Source: Rickettsiales bacterium
GTDB taxonomy: Bacteria; Pseudomonadota; Alphaproteobacteria; Rickettsiales; UBA998
Reading direction: 5' to 3'
Assembly: GCA_041749475.1 (NCBI GenBank)
Contig: JBGTBD010000019.1
Location: 12,064 to 76,063 of the forward strand
DNA: 64,000 bases
Shown: piece by piece, positions 21,300-28,932 of the stretch
Position numbering within the stretch: the stretch's first letter is position 1
How the letters are laid out: each line of letters begins with the position of its first letter
Notes under the pieces: model-generated
Told to the model about the DNA's origin: nothing
Database searches by the model: none
Seen by the model: the letters and a program-made list of their open reading frames with translations, nothing else
Made by a program: the position numbers and the translations under genes

Positions 21300-21499
21300 G
21301 GAGGCTCCCCTTTGTGTATTTTTCCCACCTTATGCGAAGCAAGCGGGCTGATGCAAGCATTGGTTAAATTTCGGCTGGCCAGAGCCGATGCAGGGCGGTA
21401 ACGTACAACCAAAGGTTTAGTTGTGCGCCACATGGTCTCTTGATACCACGCGTTGCATACTATGCTTTCGGCTACTACTAACATGTCGAACGGGGTGAC

Positions 21500-23137
21500 A
21501 TGGAGCGTCTAGGGGAATTCTTCAGCGATAATTTCATGATGCCGCACGGCTTCTGTTTCCTGTGGAAACCGGAAATTGTCTGGCTGCACGTGATTGCCGA
21601 CGCATTGATTGCGCTCGCTTATTTCAGTATCCCGCTCGCCCTGTGGTATTTCGCGCGTAAGCGCCCCGATATGCCCTTCCATAAGCTGATGCTGATGTTC
21701 GCTGCATTCATCTGTCTTTGTGGGCTGACCCATATCGTCAATATCCTCGTCCTGTGGAAGCCCTATTACGGTATCGAAGGCCTTATTAAGCTGATGACGG
21801 GTATCGTCTCCGCGATGACAGCCTATGCCGTATGGCAGTTGATGCCGAAAGCACTGACGCTGCCCAGCCCGGAGCAGTTGGAGAAGATGAACGCCGACCT
21901 TGCCGCCACCAATCGCGAGATCGAACAGAAGGTGAAAGAACGCACCGAAGCGTTGGAAAAGGCCAACGCCGAGTTACATGAAGCCCGCCGGAAGGCCGAA
22001 CGCGCCAACGCCGCCAAAAGCGATTTCCTCGCTAATATCAGCCATGAAATCCGCACGCCGATGAACGCCGTGGTCGTCCTCTCGCAAAAACTGGCCGAAT
22101 CCCAGCTTGAGAACTCGCTTCAGCGCGAATGTGCCGAGACGCTGGCGCAAAGCGCCAACTCCTTGATGAGCCTACTGAACGACGTGCTCGATTTCTCCAA
22201 GATCGAGGCAAACGTCGTAGAACTCGAATCCGTTCCCTTCAGGCTGGACGAACTGGTGCAGGAATCCATCCGCATCTTCTCCGTCAAAGCGGAAGAGAAG
22301 GGGCTGAAACTCTATGGCGAGGTGGAGCCGCATCCTTTCCCCCGCCTTATGGGTGACCCGGGGCGCATCCGCCAGATTCTGTTGAACCTCATCAATAACA
22401 GCCTCAAATTTACTGAAACGGGAGAAGTGGCCCTTAAGGTGAATGCCGCCTCCGCCGGGCCGGACACGTGGGATGTCTCCATCGTCGTGCGGGATACGGG
22501 CGTGGGCATCCCCTCGGATAAGATCAGCAACCTCTTCCAGAAATTCACGCAGGCTGACAGCACTATCAGCCGAAAATACGGCGGCACGGGATTGGGGCTG
22601 GCCATCTCGCATGAGTTGGTAGAGCGGATGAACGGTCACATCACCGTCACCAGCGAACCGGGCAAAGGCAGTGTCTTTACCATTGCGCTGACCCTCAAAG
22701 AGGCCACTCCCTTCACCACTGAACCGCTGAAGGTGATGCCGGTGCAGCGCGTCTCCAGCCATACTCAGCCGTTGATGTTAGTCGAGGATACGCCGGCCAA
22801 CATTCTCGTCGCTAGCGTCCTGCTCGATACGCGCGGCTATAGCTATAAAGTGGCAAAAAGCGGTAAGGAAGCGCTGGCGCTCTATCAACCAGGCGCATTC
22901 AGCCTTATTTTGATGGATCTGCGCCTGCCGGATATGACGGGGTACGAGATTACCGAATCTATCCGTGCCCTTGAGAAAGAGAATGGAAGCAAGCACGTCC
23001 CCATCATCGCGCTTACCGCCTATGCCACCAGCGAAGAACGCCAGAAGTGCGAGACAGCAGGCATGGATGATTTCCTGACCAAGCCGGTGGATCAGAACAC
23101 GCTATTTGAACTGCTTGAAAAATATATCGAAGCGTAA
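21500..23137 (+). CDS. Hybrid sensor histidine kinase/response regulator with an ETR1-like (ethylene-binding-domain-like) 3-TM sensor
   Basis: 545 aa. The order is an N-terminal 3-TM domain (residues ~15-118), a coiled coil, HisKA (SHEIRTPMN), HATPase_c (N box LINNSLKF, G boxes DTGVGI, GGTGLGL) and REC (LILMDLRLPDM...K in TKP). Confidence 0.9.
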   Translation: MERLGEFFSDNFMMPHGFCFLWKPEIVWLHVIADALIALAYFSIPLALWYFARKRPDMPFHKLMLMFAAFICLCGLTHIVNILVLWKPYYGIEGLIKLMTGIVSAMTAYAVWQLMPKALTLPSPEQLEKMNADLAATNREIEQKVKERTEALEKANAELHEARRKAERANAAKSDFLANISHEIRTPMNAVVVLSQKLAESQLENSLQRECAETLAQSANSLMSLLNDVLDFSKIEANVVELESVPFRLDELVQESIRIFSVKAEEKGLKLYGEVEPHPFPRLMGDPGRIRQILLNLINNSLKFTETGEVALKVNAASAGPDTWDVSIVVRDTGVGIPSDKISNLFQKFTQADSTISRKYGGTGLGLAISHELVERMNGHITVTSEPGKGSVFTIALTLKEATPFTTEPLKVMPVQRVSSHTQPLMLVEDTPANILVASVLLDTRGYSYKVAKSGKEALALYQPGAFSLILMDLRLPDMTGYEITESIRALEKENGSKHVPIIALTAYATSEERQKCETAGMDDFLTKPVDQNTLFELLEKYIEA

Positions 23138-23153
23138 ATTATCTGCGCTGTGC

Positions 23154-23237
23154 GTTATTGCGAACAACGCGAAGCAATCCAGATAGTGCATTCGGTATGC
23201 TAGAGTGCCGCGTCGACTTGCGCCTCCTCGCAATGAC
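23154..23237. repeat. REP-like inverted pair (degenerate member of the GTCATT... family)
   Basis: gttattgcgaacaacgcgaagcaatccag at 23154..23182 faces the reverse complement of gtcattgcgaggaggcgcaagtcgac ending at 23237. It lies in the intergenic region downstream of the kinase gene. Confidence 0.6.
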
Positions 23238-23325
23238 GAGGTAAGTACTATCAAGAAGCTAAAAACCCATGCATTCCCTCAAAAAACAGTTGCCAAAATC
23301 AAACCCGCGCGGTATCACTGCAATT

Positions 23326-23339
23326 GAGAATGATTATCA
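23326..23339 (+). promoter_or_regulatory. Candidate Fur box upstream of the cupredoxin/FTR1 genes
   Basis: gagaatgattatca resembles two adjacent GATAAT hexamers (gAGAAT GATtAT) of the classical Fur consensus. It lies about 20 nt upstream of ATG 23359. The match is partial. Confidence 0.35.
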
Positions 23340-23358
23340 ACTCCAAAAGGAATCCCTC

Positions 23359-23694
23359 ATGACCCGTTTTTCCCGTATTGTTTTTTCTTCCAGTACTGCT
23401 TTGCTACTCTCCGCCGGAGTCGCCCTAGCGGATGATGCTTACACCATCGTCATCAAGGAGCATACGTTCTCCCCCGAAACGCTGGAGATTCCTGCAGGCA
23501 AAAAAGTGAAGCTGACGGTCGATAACCAAGACGCGACACCGGAAGAATTTGAAAGCCATGATTTCAACCGCGAGAAAATCATCCGCGGCAACAGCAAAGC
23601 CGTCATTTCCGTCGGCCCGTTGGAGCCGGGTGAATATGTCTTCTTCGGTGAGTTCAATCCGAAGACCGCCCAAGGCAAGCTCATCGTAAAATAA
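23359..23694 (+). CDS. Periplasmic cupredoxin-like protein (FtrB-like partner of FTR1 permease)
   Basis: Start at ATG 23359 with an AAAGGA SD. The signal peptide is MTRFSRIVFSSSTALLLSAGVALA. It has a cupredoxin-like fold signature (TFSPETLEIPAGKKVKLTVDNQD...EFES). It lies directly upstream of the FTR1 gene. Confidence 0.7.
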   Translation: MTRFSRIVFSSSTALLLSAGVALADDAYTIVIKEHTFSPETLEIPAGKKVKLTVDNQDATPEEFESHDFNREKIIRGNSKAVISVGPLEPGEYVFFGEFNPKTAQGKLIVK

Positions 23695-23703
23695 GGGACT
23701 GTT

Positions 23704-24534
23704 ATGTACTCTATCGGCATCATCATTTTCCGTGAAGTATTCGAGATTGTGCTCATCCTCGGCATCGTCCTCGCTGCGACCCACAACATCCCCGGACGTA
23801 CGCGCTGGATCGTGCTGGGTCTGGTGGCGGGACTTATCGGTTCGGCGATGATTGCCGTGTTCATCGACAGTATCTCCGAGTTCGCCGAAGGCATGGGGCA
23901 GGAGATATTCAACGCCTGCATCCTCTTCACCGCCGCCCTCTTCATCGGCTGGACGGTGCTGTGGATGAAGCGCCACGCCCGCGAAATGAAGCAGCATTTT
24001 AACGCCCTCGGTAACGCGGTGGCGGATGGCAGTATCCCGTTCTATTCCCTTTCCGCCGTTATCGCACTTGCGATGCTGCGTGAGGGCTCGGAGATCGTCC
24101 TCTTCACTTACGGCATGCTGGCAAGCGGTGAATCGGTGACCAACCTGATGATCGGCGCGGCAGGAGGAACGGTCGCCGGACTGGTCGTCGGCGTGTTGAT
24201 GTATGCTGGGCTTATCCGTATCCCCATGAAATATTTCTTCCGCATTACGGGCGGGTTGTTGCTTCTGCTGGTCGCGGGGATGATGTCGCAAGGCGTCGGC
24301 TTCCTTATCTCTGCGGGGTATTTCGAATCGCTCTCCCACACCGCGTGGGACAGTTCGGCCCTCCTGAGCGATAACGGCATGCTCGGCCAGAGCCTGCAAA
24401 CCTTGCTGGGCTACACGGCGCGCCCTGCGGTGATTCAGGTCATCGTCTATGCGATGACGCTGGGTCTCCTCCTACTATTGATGCGCCAGACCGGGAAACC
24501 GGCGATGGTGCGGCAGACGCAAGTCCCCGCGTAA
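23704..24534 (+). CDS. FTR1-family high-affinity iron permease
   Basis: 276 aa polytopic membrane protein with two REXXE motifs (REVFE near the N-terminus, REGSE mid-protein). Confidence 0.85.
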   Translation: MYSIGIIIFREVFEIVLILGIVLAATHNIPGRTRWIVLGLVAGLIGSAMIAVFIDSISEFAEGMGQEIFNACILFTAALFIGWTVLWMKRHAREMKQHFNALGNAVADGSIPFYSLSAVIALAMLREGSEIVLFTYGMLASGESVTNLMIGAAGGTVAGLVVGVLMYAGLIRIPMKYFFRITGGLLLLLVAGMMSQGVGFLISAGYFESLSHTAWDSSALLSDNGMLGQSLQTLLGYTARPAVIQVIVYAMTLGLLLLLMRQTGKPAMVRQTQVPA

Positions 24535-24599
24535 GGGTTGCACATCGGGCAGGCATCCGGTAAGGTGCAGCCCTTGAATGAAGGAGCCGCATCATTTCG

Positions 24600-25766
24600 C
24601 TGAACCCTATTCGTGAATTCTTCCGTCTCGAAGCTGCAGGGGGCATCCTGCTCGGCCTTGCGGCTATCGTCGCGCTGATATTGCAGAACTCGCCCTTGCA
24701 GGACCTATACGGGGCTTTTCTCCATCTCCCGGTCAGCCTGCATTTCGGCAGTTTTGCGCTCGATAAATCGTTGCTGCACTGGATCAATGACGGGCTGATG
24801 GCGATCTTCTTCCTGCTCGTCGGGCTGGAGATTAAACGCGAAGTCGTCCAAGGCCAGCTCTCCAGCCGCCAGCAGATCGCGCTTCCTGCCATCGCTGCAT
24901 TGGGTGGTATGATCGTCCCCGGCATCATCTATGTACTCATCAACCAATCCAATCCGGTGGCCCTGCACGGCTGGGCGATCCCCACCGCGACGGATATCGC
25001 CTTCGCGCTCGGGGTCATCACCTTGCTTGGCTCACGCGTCCCTGAATCATTGAAGATCACCCTTGTCGCCATTGCCATCATCGACGATCTCGGTGCGATC
25101 GTCATCATCGCGCTCTTCTATACCGAACACCTCTCGGTTCTCTCACTGGCATTCGGAAGTGTAGCGATGGTGGGCCTGTTCCTGCTCAACCGCAGCGGCG
25201 TCACCAAGCTCTCGCCGTATATGGTATTGGGCGTCATCCTCTGGATGTGCGTACTGAAATCCGGCGTGCATGCCACGCTGGCCGGGGTCGTCATCGCCTT
25301 CGCCATTCCGTTGAAAAAGGTTGATGCATCCGGTAAATCACCGCTGCAGAAGCTCGAACACAGCCTGCACCCTTGGGTGGCCTATGCCGTACTGCCACTG
25401 TTCGCTTTCGCCAATGCCGGGGTTTCGCTCTCGGGCCTTACGTTCGATACGTTGCTGGAGCCGGTAACGCTCGGCATCGCGGCAGGCCTGTTCTTCGGCA
25501 AGCAGATCGGCATCATGGGCGCAACCGCGCTGGGTAAGGTGACGGGGCTTTGCACCCTTCCACCCAACGTAAACTGGAAGCAATATTACGGCATGACCCT
25601 GCTGACCGGAATCGGCTTCACCATGAGCCTCTTCATCGGCACGCTCGCCTTCAAGGATCCCGACATGCAAACCTCCGTCCGCCTCGGCGTATTACTAGGC
25701 ACGATCCTCTCCGGCCTGGGCGGATACTGTTACTTACGCGCCATCAGCAAAAAGCCGAGCGCGTGA
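24600..25766 (+). CDS. nhaA: Na+/H+ antiporter NhaA (start codon unresolved)
   Basis: NhaA hallmarks include IAIIDDLGAIVIIALFY (the DD pair). The conserved N-terminal NPIREFFRLEAAGGILL lies upstream of the track start at 24681. The frame opens only after a TGA at 24579 and contains no ATG, GTG or TTG before 24681, so the start may be CTG 24600, ATT 24594 or ATC 24591. Confidence 0.85.
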   Translation: MNPIREFFRLEAAGGILLGLAAIVALILQNSPLQDLYGAFLHLPVSLHFGSFALDKSLLHWINDGLMAIFFLLVGLEIKREVVQGQLSSRQQIALPAIAALGGMIVPGIIYVLINQSNPVALHGWAIPTATDIAFALGVITLLGSRVPESLKITLVAIAIIDDLGAIVIIALFYTEHLSVLSLAFGSVAMVGLFLLNRSGVTKLSPYMVLGVILWMCVLKSGVHATLAGVVIAFAIPLKKVDASGKSPLQKLEHSLHPWVAYAVLPLFAFANAGVSLSGLTFDTLLEPVTLGIAAGLFFGKQIGIMGATALGKVTGLCTLPPNVNWKQYYGMTLLTGIGFTMSLFIGTLAFKDPDMQTSVRLGVLLGTILSGLGGYCYLRAISKKPSA

Positions 25767-25794
25767 TATTATCATTATGATGTGAGAGAAAGAA

Positions 25795-25871
25795 TGGCGG
25801 ACCCAGAGCGATTCGAACGCCCGACCTTTTGATTCGTAGTCAAATGCTCTATCCAGCTGAGCTATGGGTCC
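25795..25871 (-). tRNA. tRNA-Arg (anticodon ACG)
   Basis: The reverse complement reads GGACCCATAGCTCAGCTGGATAGAGCATTTGACTACGAATCAAAAGGTCGGGCGTTCGAATCGCTCTGGGTCCGCCA. This folds as a cloverleaf with anticodon loop CT-ACG-AA, a T-loop TTCGAAT and an encoded CCA. Confidence 0.9.
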
Positions 25872-25997
25872 GTCTGCCAATTGCGGCAAGGGGCACAGCA
25901 TTAGCCAACATTCAGTGGAAAGACAAGCCCTTTTCTTGGAGAAAGATAATGGACACCCCTCCGGTTGAATCATGCTGCAATAGGAAATAGAGCATAT

Positions 25998-26735
25998 TTA
26001 TGAGTGGTTTGGAGTCTCATCCGGCTCAGGCGGCGGCGGGGCTAGGTCTTCTGGCATGGTCAGTTCCCGCCATTCCCAGCCCCAATACCCCGCGTTCACC
26101 AGCCGGGTGTTCGAGGCATAATCATGCCATGCCTGCTTACGGCGGTCGATCAACACCCAAAGGAACCCGAGCGCCAGCAGCATCATGGGGGGCAAACTAC
26201 CGATGGGCGTCGTGGCGGGGACGAGCTTCATCCACACGTAAGAAAGCGGCGCGGCGAGGAACCAGCCGAGATAGCGGGTGATGCATTGCTTCACGGAAGG
26301 CCGCCCCCATGTCGCCGCATCGACGATGCGGATGCGGGTGAGGAACATGCCTGGCGTATTGCCGAACCGTATCCACAGGAACGTCAGCGGGATACCTGCC
26401 ACCCCGAGGGTCAGCAAGTTATTCAGCGTCCAGTCCAGAAAGAAATCCTGCGAAACGATGAGCTGTAATTTTTGCTCATGCTGCATCCCCAGCCCCATCA
26501 TATAGAAGAAGTTGGCCTTGGCGTTGCCGAACAACACCCCCGCCACCATGTAAAGCGGATAATAGAGCGGAATGAGCATCAAGAGGTAATCCACCATGAA
26601 GGCGAGGCAACGCTGGTTGAAGCTGGCATAGACTGCTCGGCGGCGCGGTCTTTTTTTGGGAATGAAGCGCTTGGGGTCGGCGTAAGTTCCGTATTTGCGG
26701 TAGGCCGCTTCGAATTTTTCCTTGAACTCGCTCAT
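25998..26735 (-). CDS. RDD-family membrane protein
   Basis: 245 aa with an RDD-type topology and motifs (ASFNQRCLAFMVDYLL ... DRRKQAWHDYASNTRLV). It has an ATGA overlap with the bioD stop. Confidence 0.65.
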   Translation of the reverse strand: MSEFKEKFEAAYRKYGTYADPKRFIPKKRPRRRAVYASFNQRCLAFMVDYLLMLIPLYYPLYMVAGVLFGNAKANFFYMMGLGMQHEQKLQLIVSQDFFLDWTLNNLLTLGVAGIPLTFLWIRFGNTPGMFLTRIRIVDAATWGRPSVKQCITRYLGWFLAAPLSYVWMKLVPATTPIGSLPPMMLLALGFLWVLIDRRKQAWHDYASNTRLVNAGYWGWEWRELTMPEDLAPPPPEPDETPNHS

Positions 26736-27451
26736 AGCACCCCTGCTTCATTGGCCCAGGTGCGAAAACCGGGCATTGCCCCCAGCATCGCATCCAGCCG
26801 GACGTTCCTATCATGAAGCGTGCATGGTCCAAGGTCAAGCGGCGGCACTATTATCAGCGGGGCAGTGGTGAAAGCGGCAAGCGTGCCCAGATGCTCCTTC
26901 TCGGAAATCGGCATTCCGTCCCGCGCCGAAACTACGATGCCGCTGAGCCTCAACCCGCGCTGGCGCATCGCCTCCATTGCGGTGAGCGTATAGCTGAGCG
27001 AACCGAGGAACCCTCCCGTGACAAGAATCACCGGAAGCCCCAGTGCCTCCATCCAGTCGAGCGTCGTCCATGTCGGCGTCAGCGGAACCATCGTCCCCCC
27101 CACGCCTTCGATGAAAGTGCAGGAATGTTGTTTCATTTCGTCTTTACAGAAATCCATCAGCGCAGCGGGGTCAATGGGCTGGCTTTCACGTGCGGCGGCG
27201 ATGTGGGGCGATACAGGGTCATCGAACAGGAATGGCGTGATGCTTCGCATCGCCATATCAGAAGTCTCTCGCTCCAGCGCATCCAGTAAAAGAAGACTGT
27301 CAGGAATAGTCTCCGTTACCGACAATCCCGTTATCACCGGCTTCAGCGCATGGACGGGAAGCCGCTCCTGAAGGCGCAAGCGGATGAGCAGGGAGGTCAC
27401 CAGCGTTTTGCCGGTATCCGTTCCGGTCGCAGTGATGAAGTAACCGATCAT
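26732..27451 (-). CDS. bioD: ATP-dependent dethiobiotin synthetase
   Basis: N-terminal P-loop FITATGTDTGKT and the FIEGVGG motif. Confidence 0.85.
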   Translation of the reverse strand: MIGYFITATGTDTGKTLVTSLLIRLRLQERLPVHALKPVITGLSVTETIPDSLLLLDALERETSDMAMRSITPFLFDDPVSPHIAAARESQPIDPAALMDFCKDEMKQHSCTFIEGVGGTMVPLTPTWTTLDWMEALGLPVILVTGGFLGSLSYTLTAMEAMRQRGLRLSGIVVSARDGMPISEKEHLGTLAAFTTAPLIIVPPLDLGPCTLHDRNVRLDAMLGAMPGFRTWANEAGVL

Positions 27452-28218
27452 ACCCTATACAGTTGCAGCGATAGCGTGGCGAAATCAAGCGGGAAAACGG
27501 CGTCCTCCCGTGGGTAGGACGCTTCAATGCGCTGAAGCGCGGTGCGGGTCAGTGGTGCAACGGGGATTTTATTTCCCGCCCCCAGCCCCTTGAAATATTT
27601 AAGCAGGGAAATAATGTCAGGGAAGACGATACGATCCATCGACGTGCGCTGTGTCTCTATCCTGAATCCTGCTTGCTGAGCTGCACCGACGATGGTCTCT
27701 TCCGTGGGAAAGCTCAACAGTCTGGATGCTTCTTGCGCCGCCGTCAGCGCCGCCGTCAATTGCGGCAGGGAGCCGGTGACGAATACATTGAGGATGACAG
27801 TGCCATGTGGTTGCAGCACACGACGAAATTCGTCAAATGCCGCTTCGGGAGAAGAGACCCATTGCATCGTGGAAGAGCAGACGATACCGGCGAATGTACC
27901 TGACCGCAAAGGAAGCTCCACCATATCCGCACAGACCGTTGCGCCGTGCTGCGCTGCTAATCGGCACATGCCTTCGGCAACGTCAATTTGCACGAGTGAC
28001 ACTGTACGTGATGCATCCTTCAGCCAAGGTGCGAGCAACCCCGTAGCACATCCCGCATCCAGAAGTTTCGCACCCGCAGGCAGGGACGATAGCCATGCCG
28101 GAACGGTGCGCGCCAGTATGGTTTGCTGCAACGTGGAATGATGCGCATAGCGCGGCGCGGCACGCGAGAAATCATCCCGCAGACGGCGTTGTTGTGCAGG
28201 ATGATATTTAGGCTGCAT
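27448..28218 (-). CDS. bioC: Malonyl-[ACP] O-methyltransferase
   Basis: Class I SAM-MTase motif LLDAGCATG, an F..AA..Y..H..LQ N-terminal region typical of BioC, and bio cluster context. Start placed at ATG 28218. Confidence 0.75.
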   Translation of the reverse strand: MQPKYHPAQQRRLRDDFSRAAPRYAHHSTLQQTILARTVPAWLSSLPAGAKLLDAGCATGLLAPWLKDASRTVSLVQIDVAEGMCRLAAQHGATVCADMVELPLRSGTFAGIVCSSTMQWVSSPEAAFDEFRRVLQPHGTVILNVFVTGSLPQLTAALTAAQEASRLLSFPTEETIVGAAQQAGFRIETQRTSMDRIVFPDIISLLKYFKGLGAGNKIPVAPLTRTALQRIEASYPREDAVFPLDFATLSLQLYRV

Positions 28219-28930
28219 GGGCGACTCCATGCTGCGCAGCATGACGCGCGATAGCGTCACGTATGATCATAGCATCATGCAGGTGCGGCGCATGTCCGCT
28301 CTCTTCCAGTAACTGCAACGTCGCGCCGGGAATGCACTCTGCCAACGCCTCGCCTTGCGCACGTGCAATCACTTTATCCTGCCCACCTTGTACGATGAGC
28401 GTTGGCGGGAATCCGTCGAACGTGAAGTCCGTTGCCTGTTGTGCGCCGAGCACATCCAGCCAAAACGCCCATGTATCTTTCTCCGCGCTCTCTTCCCAGT
28501 ATTCCAGTTGCTCTAACACTTCGGAGAATTTTGTATCCCCTTTGGCGATGAGCGCAGAGAACCGTTTGGACGTGCGCACCGGATCACTGGCGTAGCTTTT
28601 CACGAAGAGATCGAACGTCACCGGATCCATCCCATGTGTGAATTCCGGCGTGGAGACATATTGCAAGGGCGATGCAATGAGCACCAATTGCTGCACGGTG
28701 ATTTTTTTCTGCTCAATCGCCCGCATCAACAACCACCCGCCGAGCGACCAGCCGATAGCCGTGGTGATATGGGGATGGTGGCGCGCCAGTAACTGCACCG
28801 GGCACTGTGGCGCGCGGCATGTGCGATAATCGAGAAATGCCGCATCGGGTGCTAGGGGACGCAGCGCGTCAGGCGGTTGCGCCCACCCGCTGACGGCGAG
28901 GAGTGGAGTAGTCGTGTGATGCATACTCAA
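28208..28930 (-). CDS. bioH: Alpha/beta hydrolase, probable pimeloyl-[ACP] methyl ester esterase (BioH-like)
   Basis: Nucleophile elbow GWSLGG, a C-terminal GHAPH, and a position between bioF and bioC. Confidence 0.7.
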   Translation of the reverse strand: MSMHHTTTPLLAVSGWAQPPDALRPLAPDAAFLDYRTCRAPQCPVQLLARHHPHITTAIGWSLGGWLLMRAIEQKKITVQQLVLIASPLQYVSTPEFTHGMDPVTFDLFVKSYASDPVRTSKRFSALIAKGDTKFSEVLEQLEYWEESAEKDTWAFWLDVLGAQQATDFTFDGFPPTLIVQGGQDKVIARAQGEALAECIPGATLQLLEESGHAPHLHDAMIIRDAIARHAAQHGVAHAA

Positions 28931-28932
28931 TA

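Noticed and set aside
21290-21484. 64-aa ORF on the minus strand in the 200-bp dcd / kinase intergenic region
   Set aside because: It overlaps the dcd start and has no SD, no signal peptide and no recognisable motifs. The region is more likely promoter and leader DNA for the two divergent genes. It contains a short 6-bp hairpin (tcggct..agccga) that I do not consider significant.
23425-24399. Long antisense ORFs opposite real genes, for example 23425..24399(-), 56820..58265(-), 44883..45830(+), 60276..61109(+), 35530..36264(+), 33453..34214(-), 31380..32111(-), 781..1278(-)
   Set aside because: Their translations are Arg/Gly/His/Asp-rich low-information sequences typical of shadow frames in G+C-rich DNA. 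Each fully overlaps a gene with strong family motifs on the other strand.
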